This document shows positions 9,156 through 18,377 of a DNA stretch of 62,565 bases, in pieces (the first letter of the stretch is position 1; every line of letters begins with the position of its first letter). Source of the DNA: Candidatus Parvarchaeota archaeon. GTDB taxonomy: Archaea > Nanobdellota > Nanobdellia > WJKC01. Location: contig JAUWZX010000001.1 of assembly GCA_030615175.1 (NCBI GenBank), positions 1 to 62,565 of the forward strand, in the 5' to 3' direction. The notes below the pieces were generated by a model. That model saw nothing but the letters and a program-made list of their open reading frames with translations. It was not told where the DNA came from and did no database searches. The position numbers were made by a program, and so were the translations under genes.

Positions 9156-10528
9156 CCTAATCCGCCGAGAACTCCAAGCAACCCGCTTAAATCACTTTCA
9201 CTGCTTAACTGTCCTCCTAACGCGCCTAACTGGCCGGTTATTTGACTTGTTAATAAATTTGAGAAGACAAAGCAGTACTCATCAATGTCAGCCAGTAATC
9301 TGCACCCGCATATACTGGTTTCATTAATGTTTGCTGAGCACACGTGAATGTAATTATCAACGCTCTTGCCTTTATGTTTAAAAGCGCATAAGTCAAGGCC
9401 CTGCATTACCGTCAGCGGGTTCTGTATAATATAATTCTGCATTGCAGTGCTGAACTCTGCTTGAGTAAGACTTGTTGACATTACAAGCAGGTAATCAATG
9501 CTTTCATAAGTGTATCGTGACAGTGGAGTCATTAAGTTCTCATTAGGGTATAAACCGTTAACTCTTTCACTAATGCTTTGAGGCACTTCCACGTTTTCAA
9601 CAACATCATTGTATAATCCATTGTTAACAATGTATAATAAGTCAATAATTGTTAAGCATGAAGTATCATTAATACTGTAATTAGTGAACACTGCCTGGTC
9701 TTGTGCGCTGGCTTCGCCAGTGAATGACAGTTTATTAGTAATCTCCTTGATTGAATCCTCATTAACGAGTAACAGCATGAATACTGCGAGCACGATTCCA
9801 ATAATAACTCCTGCCAGCATCCTGTCATTCTTTGCTAAAGTCCTTAACGCTTTCTTAATCTTCTGAGCGTAAGCCATGTTAATTTGTATGAAGGAAACAT
9901 TATCGCCTGTGTAAAAGTCAAACCCTATTCTGTACTCATCAAGTTTTTCATCCTTAATTATGAAGTAAGCAATTTCTTCCTTCCTTTCCTTAGTGATTAA
10001 GTCATACTTAGTAATTTTCTTTGATTTTAAGAATTCCTTTAATGCATCCTCTAATTTCTTGCTGCTTAACTTTTCAGGCAGTATTTTCTTTCGTTCCAGC
10101 ATTGCCTTCAACTTCTTTAATTCATTTGTTAATTTTTCAAACGCTTTCCTTAATTTAATGAATTCTTTTGTTGTAACGAACTTGCCTAATTCTTTATGGT
10201 CGCCTGAGATTAACCATAATATTAAGTAAAGCATCACTGCTGTCATGAATGCCTGAAGCATTCCTTCAAGGAAAGGTAATTGTATTGGAATTACCTGGTT
10301 AAGTAAAACTCCTCCAATTAAGCATATAATGCCGAAGACAAGTGAACCGATTAGTTTTATACCCCAATTCTTATACCTCTTCCAGCCATGCATTACTAAT
10401 CCACCTAAGAATAAGCATACAGTGAAGTAAATGATTTTTTCAATTAAGGAAAAGATTTGCGGCAGACTGCTTATTAACCCTGAAGCGCCCTGCATTAATC
10501 CAATAACATCGCTTAAACCAGTAGTCAT
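9152..10528 (-). CDS. Hypothetical membrane protein (TM bundle, coiled coil, TM, Cys-containing C-terminal domain)
   Basis: 458-aa ORF, hydrophobicity pattern. Confidence 0.7.
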   Translation of the reverse strand: MTTGLSDVIGLMQGASGLISSLPQIFSLIEKIIYFTVCLFLGGLVMHGWKRYKNWGIKLIGSLVFGIICLIGGVLLNQVIPIQLPFLEGMLQAFMTAVMLYLILWLISGDHKELGKFVTTKEFIKLRKAFEKLTNELKKLKAMLERKKILPEKLSSKKLEDALKEFLKSKKITKYDLITKERKEEIAYFIIKDEKLDEYRIGFDFYTGDNVSFIQINMAYAQKIKKALRTLAKNDRMLAGVIIGIVLAVFMLLLVNEDSIKEITNKLSFTGEASAQDQAVFTNYSINDTSCLTIIDLLYIVNNGLYNDVVENVEVPQSISERVNGLYPNENLMTPLSRYTYESIDYLLVMSTSLTQAEFSTAMQNYIIQNPLTVMQGLDLCAFKHKGKSVDNYIHVCSANINETSICGCRLLADIDEYCFVFSNLLTSQITGQLGALGGQLSSESDLSGLLGVLGGLG

Positions 10529-10565
10529 TTAAAAGTTTATAATGAATTGTTAATTAAATAAATTT

Positions 10566-11576
10566 ATGTTATTAATCAATGGCTCTTACGGAGAGTCAGG
10601 CGGGCAAATCGTGAGAATGGCTGTAGCATTTTCAGTTATCTTCCAAAAACCCATCAAAGTGATTAACATACGCTCTGGCAGGACTAAGCCAGGACTCAAG
10701 CACCAGCACTTAAACGCAATCAAGGCTCTTGCTGAATTAACTGACGCTGGCGTTAAGGGATTGGAATTAGGAAGTGGCTCATTAGAGTTCAGTCCTAAAG
10801 GACTTGTTAAGGATGAAGTGAAAATTAATATTCCAACCGCCGGCTCAATAGGATTATGCCTTCAATGCCTGATTCCTGCATTAATGCTTGTTAAAAAACA
10901 AGTCACTATTAATTTCAGTGGCGGCGCTACGTGCGGCAAGGGCTCGCCTCCGCTTGATTACATTCAAAACGTCTGGTTCACTAACATGAATTTATGGGGC
11001 TTGAATCCTGCTTCAGTAATTGTTGAACGCGAAGGATACTACCCCAAAGGAGGTGCAGCTGTCATTGTAAAGACTAATCCTTCAAGGATTCACCCTTACA
11101 CTGCTTTAAGCAGGGGAAAAGTATTGAGAATTAGGGGTTTAAGCCACTGTTCAAAGCATCTCGAGAAGAGGATGGTTGCGGACCGCCAGGCTCGCGAAGC
11201 ATTAAGACTCTTAAGTGCAGATTATGATGTAAAGATTAAGAGACTCTACTCTGACTCTGTTTGCCCCGGCTCAAGTATTACTTTATGGGCTGAATGCGAG
11301 AACAGTGTTATTGGCGCTGACGCTCTCGGGCACCTCGGAGTTGCTTCTGAACAAGTGGCGCGCGAGGCGGTGAAGAAACTCAAGAATGAGTTGGACTCTA
11401 ATGCCTCGTTTGACAGGCATATGACGGACATGCTAATCCCTGTAATGGCTCTTACAGGGGATTCAAGCATTACTGCAAGTGAAATCACTAATCATGCTAA
11501 AACGAATATCTGGCTGTGCGAGAAATTCATTGATAAAAAATTCATATTAAAAGATGACTTGATTAGTATTGATTAA
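10566..11576 (+). CDS. rtcA: RNA 3'-terminal phosphate cyclase
   Basis: GSYGESGGQIVR, RTKPGLKHQH, GYYPKGG, catalytic TNHAKTN. Confidence 0.95.
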   Translation: MLLINGSYGESGGQIVRMAVAFSVIFQKPIKVINIRSGRTKPGLKHQHLNAIKALAELTDAGVKGLELGSGSLEFSPKGLVKDEVKINIPTAGSIGLCLQCLIPALMLVKKQVTINFSGGATCGKGSPPLDYIQNVWFTNMNLWGLNPASVIVEREGYYPKGGAAVIVKTNPSRIHPYTALSRGKVLRIRGLSHCSKHLEKRMVADRQAREALRLLSADYDVKIKRLYSDSVCPGSSITLWAECENSVIGADALGHLGVASEQVAREAVKKLKNELDSNASFDRHMTDMLIPVMALTGDSSITASEITNHAKTNIWLCEKFIDKKFILKDDLISID

Positions 11577-11579
11577 GTA

Positions 11580-11659
11580 ATGAAGGACTGACCCTCTCGG
11601 AGGAGGAAGGGATGAAAAGGACAACCCCTCATACTCAATCATACAAAGTATGATAGTAT
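11580..11659 (-). ncRNA. Candidate structured RNA (19-bp hairpin plus adjacent second hairpin) between convergent genes
   Basis: Minus strand AUGAGGGGUUGUCCUUUUC pairs with GAGAGGGUCAGUCCUUCAU (18/19 pairs, 5 G-U); second stem ATCATAC-aaa-GTATGAT at 11638-11654. Confidence 0.5.
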
Positions 11660-11669
11660 TGTTTTATCT

Positions 11670-12218
11670 TTATAAATGTTTCGCGTTTACTTTGTCAAGA
11701 ATTATTTTAATACGCCTCTTAATGTTTTCATCCTTATCATCTGAGAATACCGGCAATTCAATTACTTCGCATCCTGAATCAAGGTATAATTTCTTTATTA
11801 AACTGCCAAGCATTCTGGATGTTTTCTCATCCTCCCATCTTTCAGAATCCTTGCTGTAATTATTTAATGGACGCAAGTAAAAAACAAGGTGGTACTTAAT
11901 CATGCCTGGTAATTCCAAGACTGCTTTCGGGATTTTACCACCCTTGTATAATAAGTAACCAATCGTGTCATGAATCCCCCTGTCAAAGAAGATTAAATCT
12001 GATTTATTGACTGACTTAACAATTGATAATTGCTTGTTTAATATTTCAAGTTCAAAACTGTAAAAATCCTTCCATGGAAGTATTTTGGAATTAGTACTTA
12101 ATCCTTTCTTAATTAATTCTCTTGCAACCTCTCCAACCGTTTTAAAACCCTTCCCTTTCAAAGTGTTAATGAGTGTGGTCTTGCCAGAGCATGACGGGCC
12201 AGTAATCATGACCTTCAT
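11670..12218 (-). CDS. P-loop ATPase/kinase (AAA_28, NadR-like)
   Basis: ITGPSCSGKTTL, EVAR, FFDRG..D, 'DSERWED'. Confidence 0.8.
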   Translation of the reverse strand: MKVMITGPSCSGKTTLINTLKGKGFKTVGEVARELIKKGLSTNSKILPWKDFYSFELEILNKQLSIVKSVNKSDLIFFDRGIHDTIGYLLYKGGKIPKAVLELPGMIKYHLVFYLRPLNNYSKDSERWEDEKTSRMLGSLIKKLYLDSGCEVIELPVFSDDKDENIKRRIKIILDKVNAKHL

Positions 12219-12255
12219 GGTTGATTATTAATACTACCTCAACATTTTAAGTATT

Positions 12256-13320
12256 ATGAATAAGAAGGAGCGAATGCTTGAATGGATTAATAAATCATTA
12301 TCAATTGACATTGTGCACCACATTGACTCTGACGGCTTATGCGCGGCAGCTCAGATGATTAAATTCTTAGAAAAGAAAGGCAAGGACTACAACCTCGTGT
12401 CTGGAAGCCCTCAGCGCATGCGTTACTCAAACTTTTATAATAAACTTAAGAATGAGTTAATAATATTCCTTGACCTGCCCGCCGACCAGTTCATGGAAGA
12501 GATTTACAAACTAAATAACAGGGCTAATATCATAATAATTGACCATCACGTCTTGAACAAGGACATGAATAGTGATTCAATAATTCATTACAATCCAGTG
12601 CTTGACGGGATTAATAAGTACTGCCCTTCAAGCAAGCAGGTTTATGACTTATTCAAGAAGCATGACTGGATTGCAGTTATCGGCGTTCTAGGCGACTTAG
12701 GAGGCAAGCACTGGAGGGATTGGATTAACAGGGTTGAAAGAAAGCATGGCTTAAAACCATGCAGTGGAGAGAACTGTCTTGACTCTGAATTCGTTAAGTA
12801 TGACCACTTAATTAATTCTGCACGCATGGTTAAGGGCGAGGAAGGAAGTGATAAAGCATTAAAGGTTTTAATTGACAGCAAGTCATTTGAGGAATTCAAG
12901 GAAGAGAGTGTGAAGTTAATGGACTGGGAAAAGGAAGTAAGTGATTATTTAGACGAGTTAAAGGATACGTTTGAGAAAGATAAACTGGAGAATGAAAAAC
13001 TTGAATTATTAACTTATACTTTAAGGAATCTTAAATATAATATTGGCAGCGCGTTAAGCACTATTGTTAGCATGAAGCACCATAATAAGACTGTTGTGTT
13101 ATTCATTATTAAAGGCTCAATAGTTAATGTTAATTTAAGAAGACAGGACGGAAAGTATGACATGGCTGAACTATCCCGCCAGAGCACTAAAGGATTATTA
13201 AAAGCGTCTGGAGGAGGACATGCAAAAGCTGCTGGAGCGAGTTTAAGACTCGTGGACTACGCTGAATTCAGGAATAAATTAAGGAATAACTTAAGGGTTC
13301 AGATGAAAACTGCCAAGTAA
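12256..13320 (+). CDS. DHH-family phosphoesterase (RecJ-like) with DHHA1 domain
   Basis: HHIDSDG, FLDLP, IIDHH, GD, GGGH.KAAG motifs. Confidence 0.9.
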   Translation: MNKKERMLEWINKSLSIDIVHHIDSDGLCAAAQMIKFLEKKGKDYNLVSGSPQRMRYSNFYNKLKNELIIFLDLPADQFMEEIYKLNNRANIIIIDHHVLNKDMNSDSIIHYNPVLDGINKYCPSSKQVYDLFKKHDWIAVIGVLGDLGGKHWRDWINRVERKHGLKPCSGENCLDSEFVKYDHLINSARMVKGEEGSDKALKVLIDSKSFEEFKEESVKLMDWEKEVSDYLDELKDTFEKDKLENEKLELLTYTLRNLKYNIGSALSTIVSMKHHNKTVVLFIIKGSIVNVNLRRQDGKYDMAELSRQSTKGLLKASGGGHAKAAGASLRLVDYAEFRNKLRNNLRVQMKTAK

Positions 13321-14561
13321 TTTTCAATAATCAATATGCAAATTATCAAGGTAGTCCAGGACAAGCTTACAGCAATCATCTTGCTGATTAATTTCTTATC
13401 CCTTGACGACTTAACAAATATTATCTTGTCAAGCAGTGAAATAACGCACGCGAAAACGAATAAGTTAACGCCCAGCATGAAGTTAATGCTGCCAGAAGCC
13501 ATTAATGATGAAATGCTTGCAACGCTTGCGTAAACACTCACTAATGATGATAAGAGGATAATAACGTACACGAGGTTAGGGTTAATGAATTCAGATGTTA
13601 AAGTCACTGCTTGAATGAAGATGAATAAAAGGAATGCGAACTTTAATGCAGGGACAATGCTGAACGGGTTGTCGTACTTAACTTCATGATGATAACCCTT
13701 AGTGTTTTTATGAAAGATTAAAAGCATTACAGCAGTTGAAATGAATAAAGGCAGGAATACGTAATTAAATAACTCCATGCCATTATAATTAAATAAACTG
13801 ATTAGTATGCAGAAAGAAATATTCGAAGCCATTGAAAGAATCATTCCATTAAAAGCATCCTGTCTTAAGTTTTTATCAAGCCTTACTTTAATTGCTAAAC
13901 TATTAACAGTTAATTTGCTGCTAATGAATCCTCCAAGGAATCCAGTGACTGCCAAGCCGTTCTTCACAATCCTTAAAGTAATATAAGAAAAGAATGAAAT
14001 TCCTGCCACAAGAATAACTGTAAGCCAGAACCTGAACGGGTTAAAAACCTTAAAAGGGTCAATGTACGCGTCAGGCATTAATGGCAGTATGATGAAGGCA
14101 AGGGCTGCGAACTCAATCGTTGACCTAATCTCCTTTAAATTCATTAATTTCACAACTCCATGCAATTCATGCTTAACTGTTAAGAAACCGGTAGTCACGA
14201 CAGATATTATAACTGCAACTAAGTACTGTGAGAAACCGACAAGCAGTCCGATAAGGAAACTAATTATAATCGCGAAATAACTTGTCATGCCAATTAAATG
14301 ACTTCTTGAACGAGTAAAGTAATTTGAAACAACTAAGATTAGAACAGTTACTAAACCCAAGGCAATTGAGACATTAATGTCAATGAATTCGCCTAGGAAA
14401 ACAAATATTAAGCCGATTAATGATATGAGGATTGTCGTCCTAATCCCGAAGGGCAGCTCCATATGCTTCTTCTTCCTCCAGTACTCCCTTTCAAGTCCAA
14501 TTAATCCTCCAAGGCATACTGCAAGTAATACGCCGAGTAATGCAGTAAGTAATTCAACCAT
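13299..14561 (-). CDS. MgtC/SapB family membrane protein with DUF4010
   Basis: GGLIGLERE, GIRT, LPLMPD..DPF..FNP, GFLGGFISS. Confidence 0.85.
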   Translation of the reverse strand: MVELLTALLGVLLAVCLGGLIGLEREYWRKKKHMELPFGIRTTILISLIGLIFVFLGEFIDINVSIALGLVTVLILVVSNYFTRSRSHLIGMTSYFAIIISFLIGLLVGFSQYLVAVIISVVTTGFLTVKHELHGVVKLMNLKEIRSTIEFAALAFIILPLMPDAYIDPFKVFNPFRFWLTVILVAGISFFSYITLRIVKNGLAVTGFLGGFISSKLTVNSLAIKVRLDKNLRQDAFNGMILSMASNISFCILISLFNYNGMELFNYVFLPLFISTAVMLLIFHKNTKGYHHEVKYDNPFSIVPALKFAFLLFIFIQAVTLTSEFINPNLVYVIILLSSLVSVYASVASISSLMASGSINFMLGVNLFVFACVISLLDKIIFVKSSRDKKLISKMIAVSLSWTTLIICILIIENYLAVFI

Positions 14562-14596
14562 TAAATTATTATAATAACTAATAATTTATATCCATT

Positions 14597-14836
14597 ATGT
14601 ATGACCTTGAGCTTGAAAGAGTGAAGAAAGAAATAAGAAAGCTTAAAGCAAAAAAAGTTTTAGTGCAATTGCCTGCAGGACTCATGAGCAATGCTTTAAT
14701 GATTGTTAAGGAGTTAAGGAAGACAGGTGCTGAAGTAATTCTCTGGGCTGGAAGTAATTACGGTGCATGCGATTTAGCTGATTACGCGGAATGTGATTTA
14801 TTAATTCATTTCGGACATGAAAACACTATTTCTTAG
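14597..14836 (+). CDS. dph2: Diphthamide synthesis Dph2, N-terminal domain only
   Basis: YDLELERV, VLVQLPAGL, YGACDL, DLLIHFGH; ends at 79 aa. Confidence 0.8.
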   Translation: MYDLELERVKKEIRKLKAKKVLVQLPAGLMSNALMIVKELRKTGAEVILWAGSNYGACDLADYAECDLLIHFGHENTIS

Positions 14837-15068
14837 GCTTCTTCTTTAAGTTAACCCATTTTATCTTCTTATTCGGGTCTTCAACAACATCAGCAATGTT
14901 GCGCAAGCCCTTAGCAACTTCTTTACGAGCCATCTTAAGTAATGGACCTTCCTTTACTTTAACATCAACCTTTATGATATTCTTCTCAACGAACTTATTA
15001 ATATCTAATAATAATTTCTGCGTTGCCTTAACCACATCCTCAGTATCCTTAATTATTTCCTTGCTCAT
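14826..15068 (-). CDS. Small basic hypothetical protein
   Basis: ATG-start 80-aa ORF filling the gap, divergent from rnhB. Confidence 0.6.
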   Translation of the reverse strand: MSKEIIKDTEDVVKATQKLLLDINKFVEKNIIKVDVKVKEGPLLKMARKEVAKGLRNIADVVEDPNKKIKWVNLKKKPKK

Positions 15069-15104
15069 AAGAAAAAGTTATAATCACGGAGTTAATAAAT
15101 TTTT

Positions 15105-15767
15105 TTGAAGATGAAAGTTTTAGGCATTGACGAGGCTGGCAGGGGGGCTTTTATAGGTCCTTTAGTAGTGGCTGGATTCATGATTGAAGAAAAAAGGATT
15201 CCATTACTTAAGGAAATGGGTGTTAAGGATTCTAAATTATTAAGCAAGCGCAGAAGAGAATCCCTTTATGATGAATTAATAAGAATAGGTAAGTATGAGG
15301 TTATTAAGACTTCTCCAAGAGAGATTGACCAGCGCTTCAGGAATGGAATGAACCTGAATCAATTGGAACTCATTAAGATGGCTGAAATAATTAATAAATT
15401 AAAGCCTGATAAAGCAATCATTGACAGCCCTCACCCAATACCTGACAAGTTCAAGATAGAGATAGAATTAAAAGTTGACCATAAGAAGTGCGAAGTTGTA
15501 TGCGAGAACAAGGCTGATTACAAGTACGTGATTGTTGGTGCTGGCTCAGTAATTGCTAAAGTAGTAAGGGACCGTGAGATAGAAAAAATTGAGAAAGAAG
15601 TTGGGGTGGAGTTAGGCGTTGGTTACCCTCATAGTGAGAAAACTCTTGAATTCGCGCGTAAAGCGATAAGGACTGGCAGGGGTTTAATACACGTGCGGAA
15701 GTCATGGGAGACTTACTCAAGGCTTAAGGCAGAGGGCGAGCAGAAGAGTATTGGTGATTTCAAGTGA
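15105..15767 (+). CDS. rnhB: Ribonuclease HII (start may be ATG 15111)
   Basis: GIDEAGRG, GVKDSK, KAD, SVIAKV.RD, GYP, RKSW. Confidence 0.95.
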   Translation: MKMKVLGIDEAGRGAFIGPLVVAGFMIEEKRIPLLKEMGVKDSKLLSKRRRESLYDELIRIGKYEVIKTSPREIDQRFRNGMNLNQLELIKMAEIINKLKPDKAIIDSPHPIPDKFKIEIELKVDHKKCEVVCENKADYKYVIVGAGSVIAKVVRDREIEKIEKEVGVELGVGYPHSEKTLEFARKAIRTGRGLIHVRKSWETYSRLKAEGEQKSIGDFK

Positions 15768-16252
15768 GGCGGTGGCTGACTAGTTCAGAAGAAAGAGGTT
15801 TTAGTTTCGGCTTAACGTCAGGTATTATAACAACTCTTGGATTAATAATCGGGTTATACTCATCAACTGAGTCAGTAATTGTTGTGTTGGCCGGAATTTT
15901 AAGTATTGCTATTGCCGATTCCTTCTCTGATGCTATGGGAATTCACGTTTCAGAGGAAGCCAAGAAAGGCAGCACTTCAAGAAGTATTTGGAGGGCCACT
16001 ATATACACCTTCCTTGCAAAACTCTTCTTCGCGTTATCATTCATGATTCCAATCATAATATTTGAACTAGGATTGGCATTAATAATCTGCATAACTTACG
16101 GCTTGATATTAATCGCGGTTTATAGTTATTACATTTCAGTAAGGCATGGGAAGAAGCCTTATGCAGCAATAATCGAGCACGTATTAATAGTATTAATAGT
16201 GATTGCAATAACTTACTTTGTTGGAAACTTACTTAAAGGACTTCAGTCATAA
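15764..16252 (+). CDS. VIT1/CCC1-family membrane protein
   Basis: FGLTSGIITTLGL, AIADSFSDAMGIHVSEE. Confidence 0.8.
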   Translation: MRRWLTSSEERGFSFGLTSGIITTLGLIIGLYSSTESVIVVLAGILSIAIADSFSDAMGIHVSEEAKKGSTSRSIWRATIYTFLAKLFFALSFMIPIIIFELGLALIICITYGLILIAVYSYYISVRHGKKPYAAIIEHVLIVLIVIAITYFVGNLLKGLQS

Positions 16253-16262
16253 AAGAATTAAA

Positions 16263-17186
16263 ATGCTTGAATGCGTTGAATTCATTAAACATAACTTGTA
16301 CTCTAAGAAGGAAGAGGTTGAGGATAATTTTAAATTAATAAGTAATCAAAGACCTTGTAAAATAATTGCGGTTGACGGCGGTTCAAGCATTATTAATGAC
16401 GGCGGTTCATGGCTTATTGCTAAGATAAAGACTGCAAGCACTTACTATGATGGTGATAAGAGGATTCCTAAGAAGGAATTAGTGAATAATTATTACATGA
16501 GTTTAATTAATAACTCAGGGAGGCATATTCAGAGATTCAGTCCTGAAATTTCTTTAAGCACTAATTACAGTGGTATTAGGGAGTTAAGCGAGGCCCCGTC
16601 CGTCGCCATGAAAGCCATTGAATTATTTCATGCTGCTGGAAGAATTAATGACTTGGGCAGGGATTCATTATTACTTGTTGACGGGCTCTTGAAAGCTGAG
16701 TCAATTGACCAGGAAAAAGCTCTTAAGGAATTGGAAGAAAAATCCTGTTCTAAGGGCGTTCACGTTATCGGGCTTGCTAAGACTTGCCGGTTCGGTCTTA
16801 AAGGCAGAAGCGTTATCGGGTCCTTGCTGCGGGCTAAACCTGATGATAAGTGGTTTTACCATCCAGTCAGTGGTGAAGAAGTGTTCATTATTAAATTGCA
16901 TGAGAAGAGCAAGTATGCTTACATGCTTGATTTATTCCCTCACTCAATGAATAGCATTGACTTGTTAATGCCCTCATTATGCTTTTACGCCCGTGACCCA
17001 GAACTCCTAGGATACCCTTATCCGTTATTAAGGGCTGATAAGATTGCGCGCGTAGGCGAGCATGAGAAGAAGCAGGAGGAGTCAAGGCTCAGGATACTGA
17101 GCAAGATGGAAGGCTACTCATTCCTGGAAACTGATAAGCGCGCCACTGACATGCATGCGAGAATGGATAAGCGGGCTTATCGATAA
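16263..17186 (+). CDS. nurA: NurA nuclease
   Basis: AVDGG, LLVDG, GLAKT, LGYPYPL..AD..A; probable ATG at 16263; herA/mre11/rad50 nearby. Confidence 0.9.
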   Translation: MLECVEFIKHNLYSKKEEVEDNFKLISNQRPCKIIAVDGGSSIINDGGSWLIAKIKTASTYYDGDKRIPKKELVNNYYMSLINNSGRHIQRFSPEISLSTNYSGIRELSEAPSVAMKAIELFHAAGRINDLGRDSLLLVDGLLKAESIDQEKALKELEEKSCSKGVHVIGLAKTCRFGLKGRSVIGSLLRAKPDDKWFYHPVSGEEVFIIKLHEKSKYAYMLDLFPHSMNSIDLLMPSLCFYARDPELLGYPYPLLRADKIARVGEHEKKQEESRLRILSKMEGYSFLETDKRATDMHARMDKRAYR

Positions 17187-17219
17187 TGAAATAAATTAGT
17201 ACTACGTGAAGAATTACTA

Positions 17220-17843
17220 ATGAAGTTATATGAGTTTTTCAAGGCTGATGACCGGCTGCTTGACTTGTTTGAGAGGATTAGGGCTGAATTAATAAGCAGT
17301 GACTTAGACCAGGTGTGGAATCATACTAAAAGGGTTATTAAGAATTTATTCATAATCAAGGATTACGTTAATTTTGACTTAAAGAAGGCGCTAATTGCTG
17401 CAATCATTCATGACATAGGATTCATGGAAGTAGTGAATGGTCATGAAATGGTTTCAACACAGATGATGAAGACAGCGCTTGATAAATTATGGGACCACGT
17501 AACAGTTAATGAAGTATGCCACATAGTCGAGGCACATCAATTCAATGGTAAAGTAAGGCCTCAAACAATTGAAGCAAAGGCATTGCATGATGCTGACGTC
17601 ATGGACTACGCTGGTGAGAAGGGAATAATTAATTTATTCAAATTATTAAAGAACTTAGGATTCAGGGATTCAAGGGTGGCGAAGTGGATTCATGAATTAA
17701 CAAAAGATGGATTCATAATCCCTGAAGTCAGGAAGAATCATGATAAGGATTTAAAGCAGACAGAGAACTTCTTCCTGAACTTCGTTAAGGACTTAAGCAG
17801 GGAAAGAGTTGACTTCAAGAAGTATGGAATGGACAATATCTAA
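17220..17843 (+). CDS. HD-domain phosphohydrolase
   Basis: HTKRV, IIHDIG, H, EAH, EAK.LHDADVMD. Confidence 0.85.
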   Translation: MKLYEFFKADDRLLDLFERIRAELISSDLDQVWNHTKRVIKNLFIIKDYVNFDLKKALIAAIIHDIGFMEVVNGHEMVSTQMMKTALDKLWDHVTVNEVCHIVEAHQFNGKVRPQTIEAKALHDADVMDYAGEKGIINLFKLLKNLGFRDSRVAKWIHELTKDGFIIPEVRKNHDKDLKQTENFFLNFVKDLSRERVDFKKYGMDNI

Positions 17844-18313
17844 GACTTTGCCTTTTTCTTATAAAATTTTTTCAACACCTTATTAAAGGTTTTAGAAAAC
17901 TCCTGGTACTTAATTGAATTCGTGTACGGCTTGATTTCTTCATTAATACTATTAACCATATATTTAATACCATCTTCTGTAAAGCATAATAAGTAATCCT
18001 TGATGTTCTCATAATCAGTTTTAACATTGGATTCATCATCAACTAAGTCAAGGAAACTAAAAATGTATAAGTCCTGAAGCCCATACTTTAAGTAAGGAGT
18101 AGTCATTCCCTTAGGACCAGCAATAATGGGCGTCATATTATAACCTTTAGCATTTAATTCAATAAGAATCTTTGACAAATCCTTATAAGAAATTAAGTTA
18201 TTGCCTTTAAAATCCATAATCCTCTTAAAAACGTCAAAGATGATGGGCTCACTCATATTCCCTTTATACACGTTTTCAAGGAAATCCATGAAACAATTAA
18301 CAAGTGTTCTCAT
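17840..18313 (-). CDS. Hypothetical protein
   Basis: 157-aa ATG ORF on the opposite strand inside the repair cluster; no motif recognised. Confidence 0.6.
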   Translation of the reverse strand: MRTLVNCFMDFLENVYKGNMSEPIIFDVFKRIMDFKGNNLISYKDLSKILIELNAKGYNMTPIIAGPKGMTTPYLKYGLQDLYIFSFLDLVDDESNVKTDYENIKDYLLCFTEDGIKYMVNSINEEIKPYTNSIKYQEFSKTFNKVLKKFYKKKAKS

Positions 18314-18377
18314 ATTTATACATTATTATCCCGCACAATAATCCTTAAAAAACTAAAGTATTTGAATTAATTTAGTA

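Noticed and set aside
11577..11669. Intergenic region as C/D sRNA, H/ACA RNA or tRNA half
   Set aside because: No properly spaced C/D boxes, no pseudouridylation pocket with ACA tail on the folding strand, no T-loop GTTC motif; kept only as a generic structured RNA
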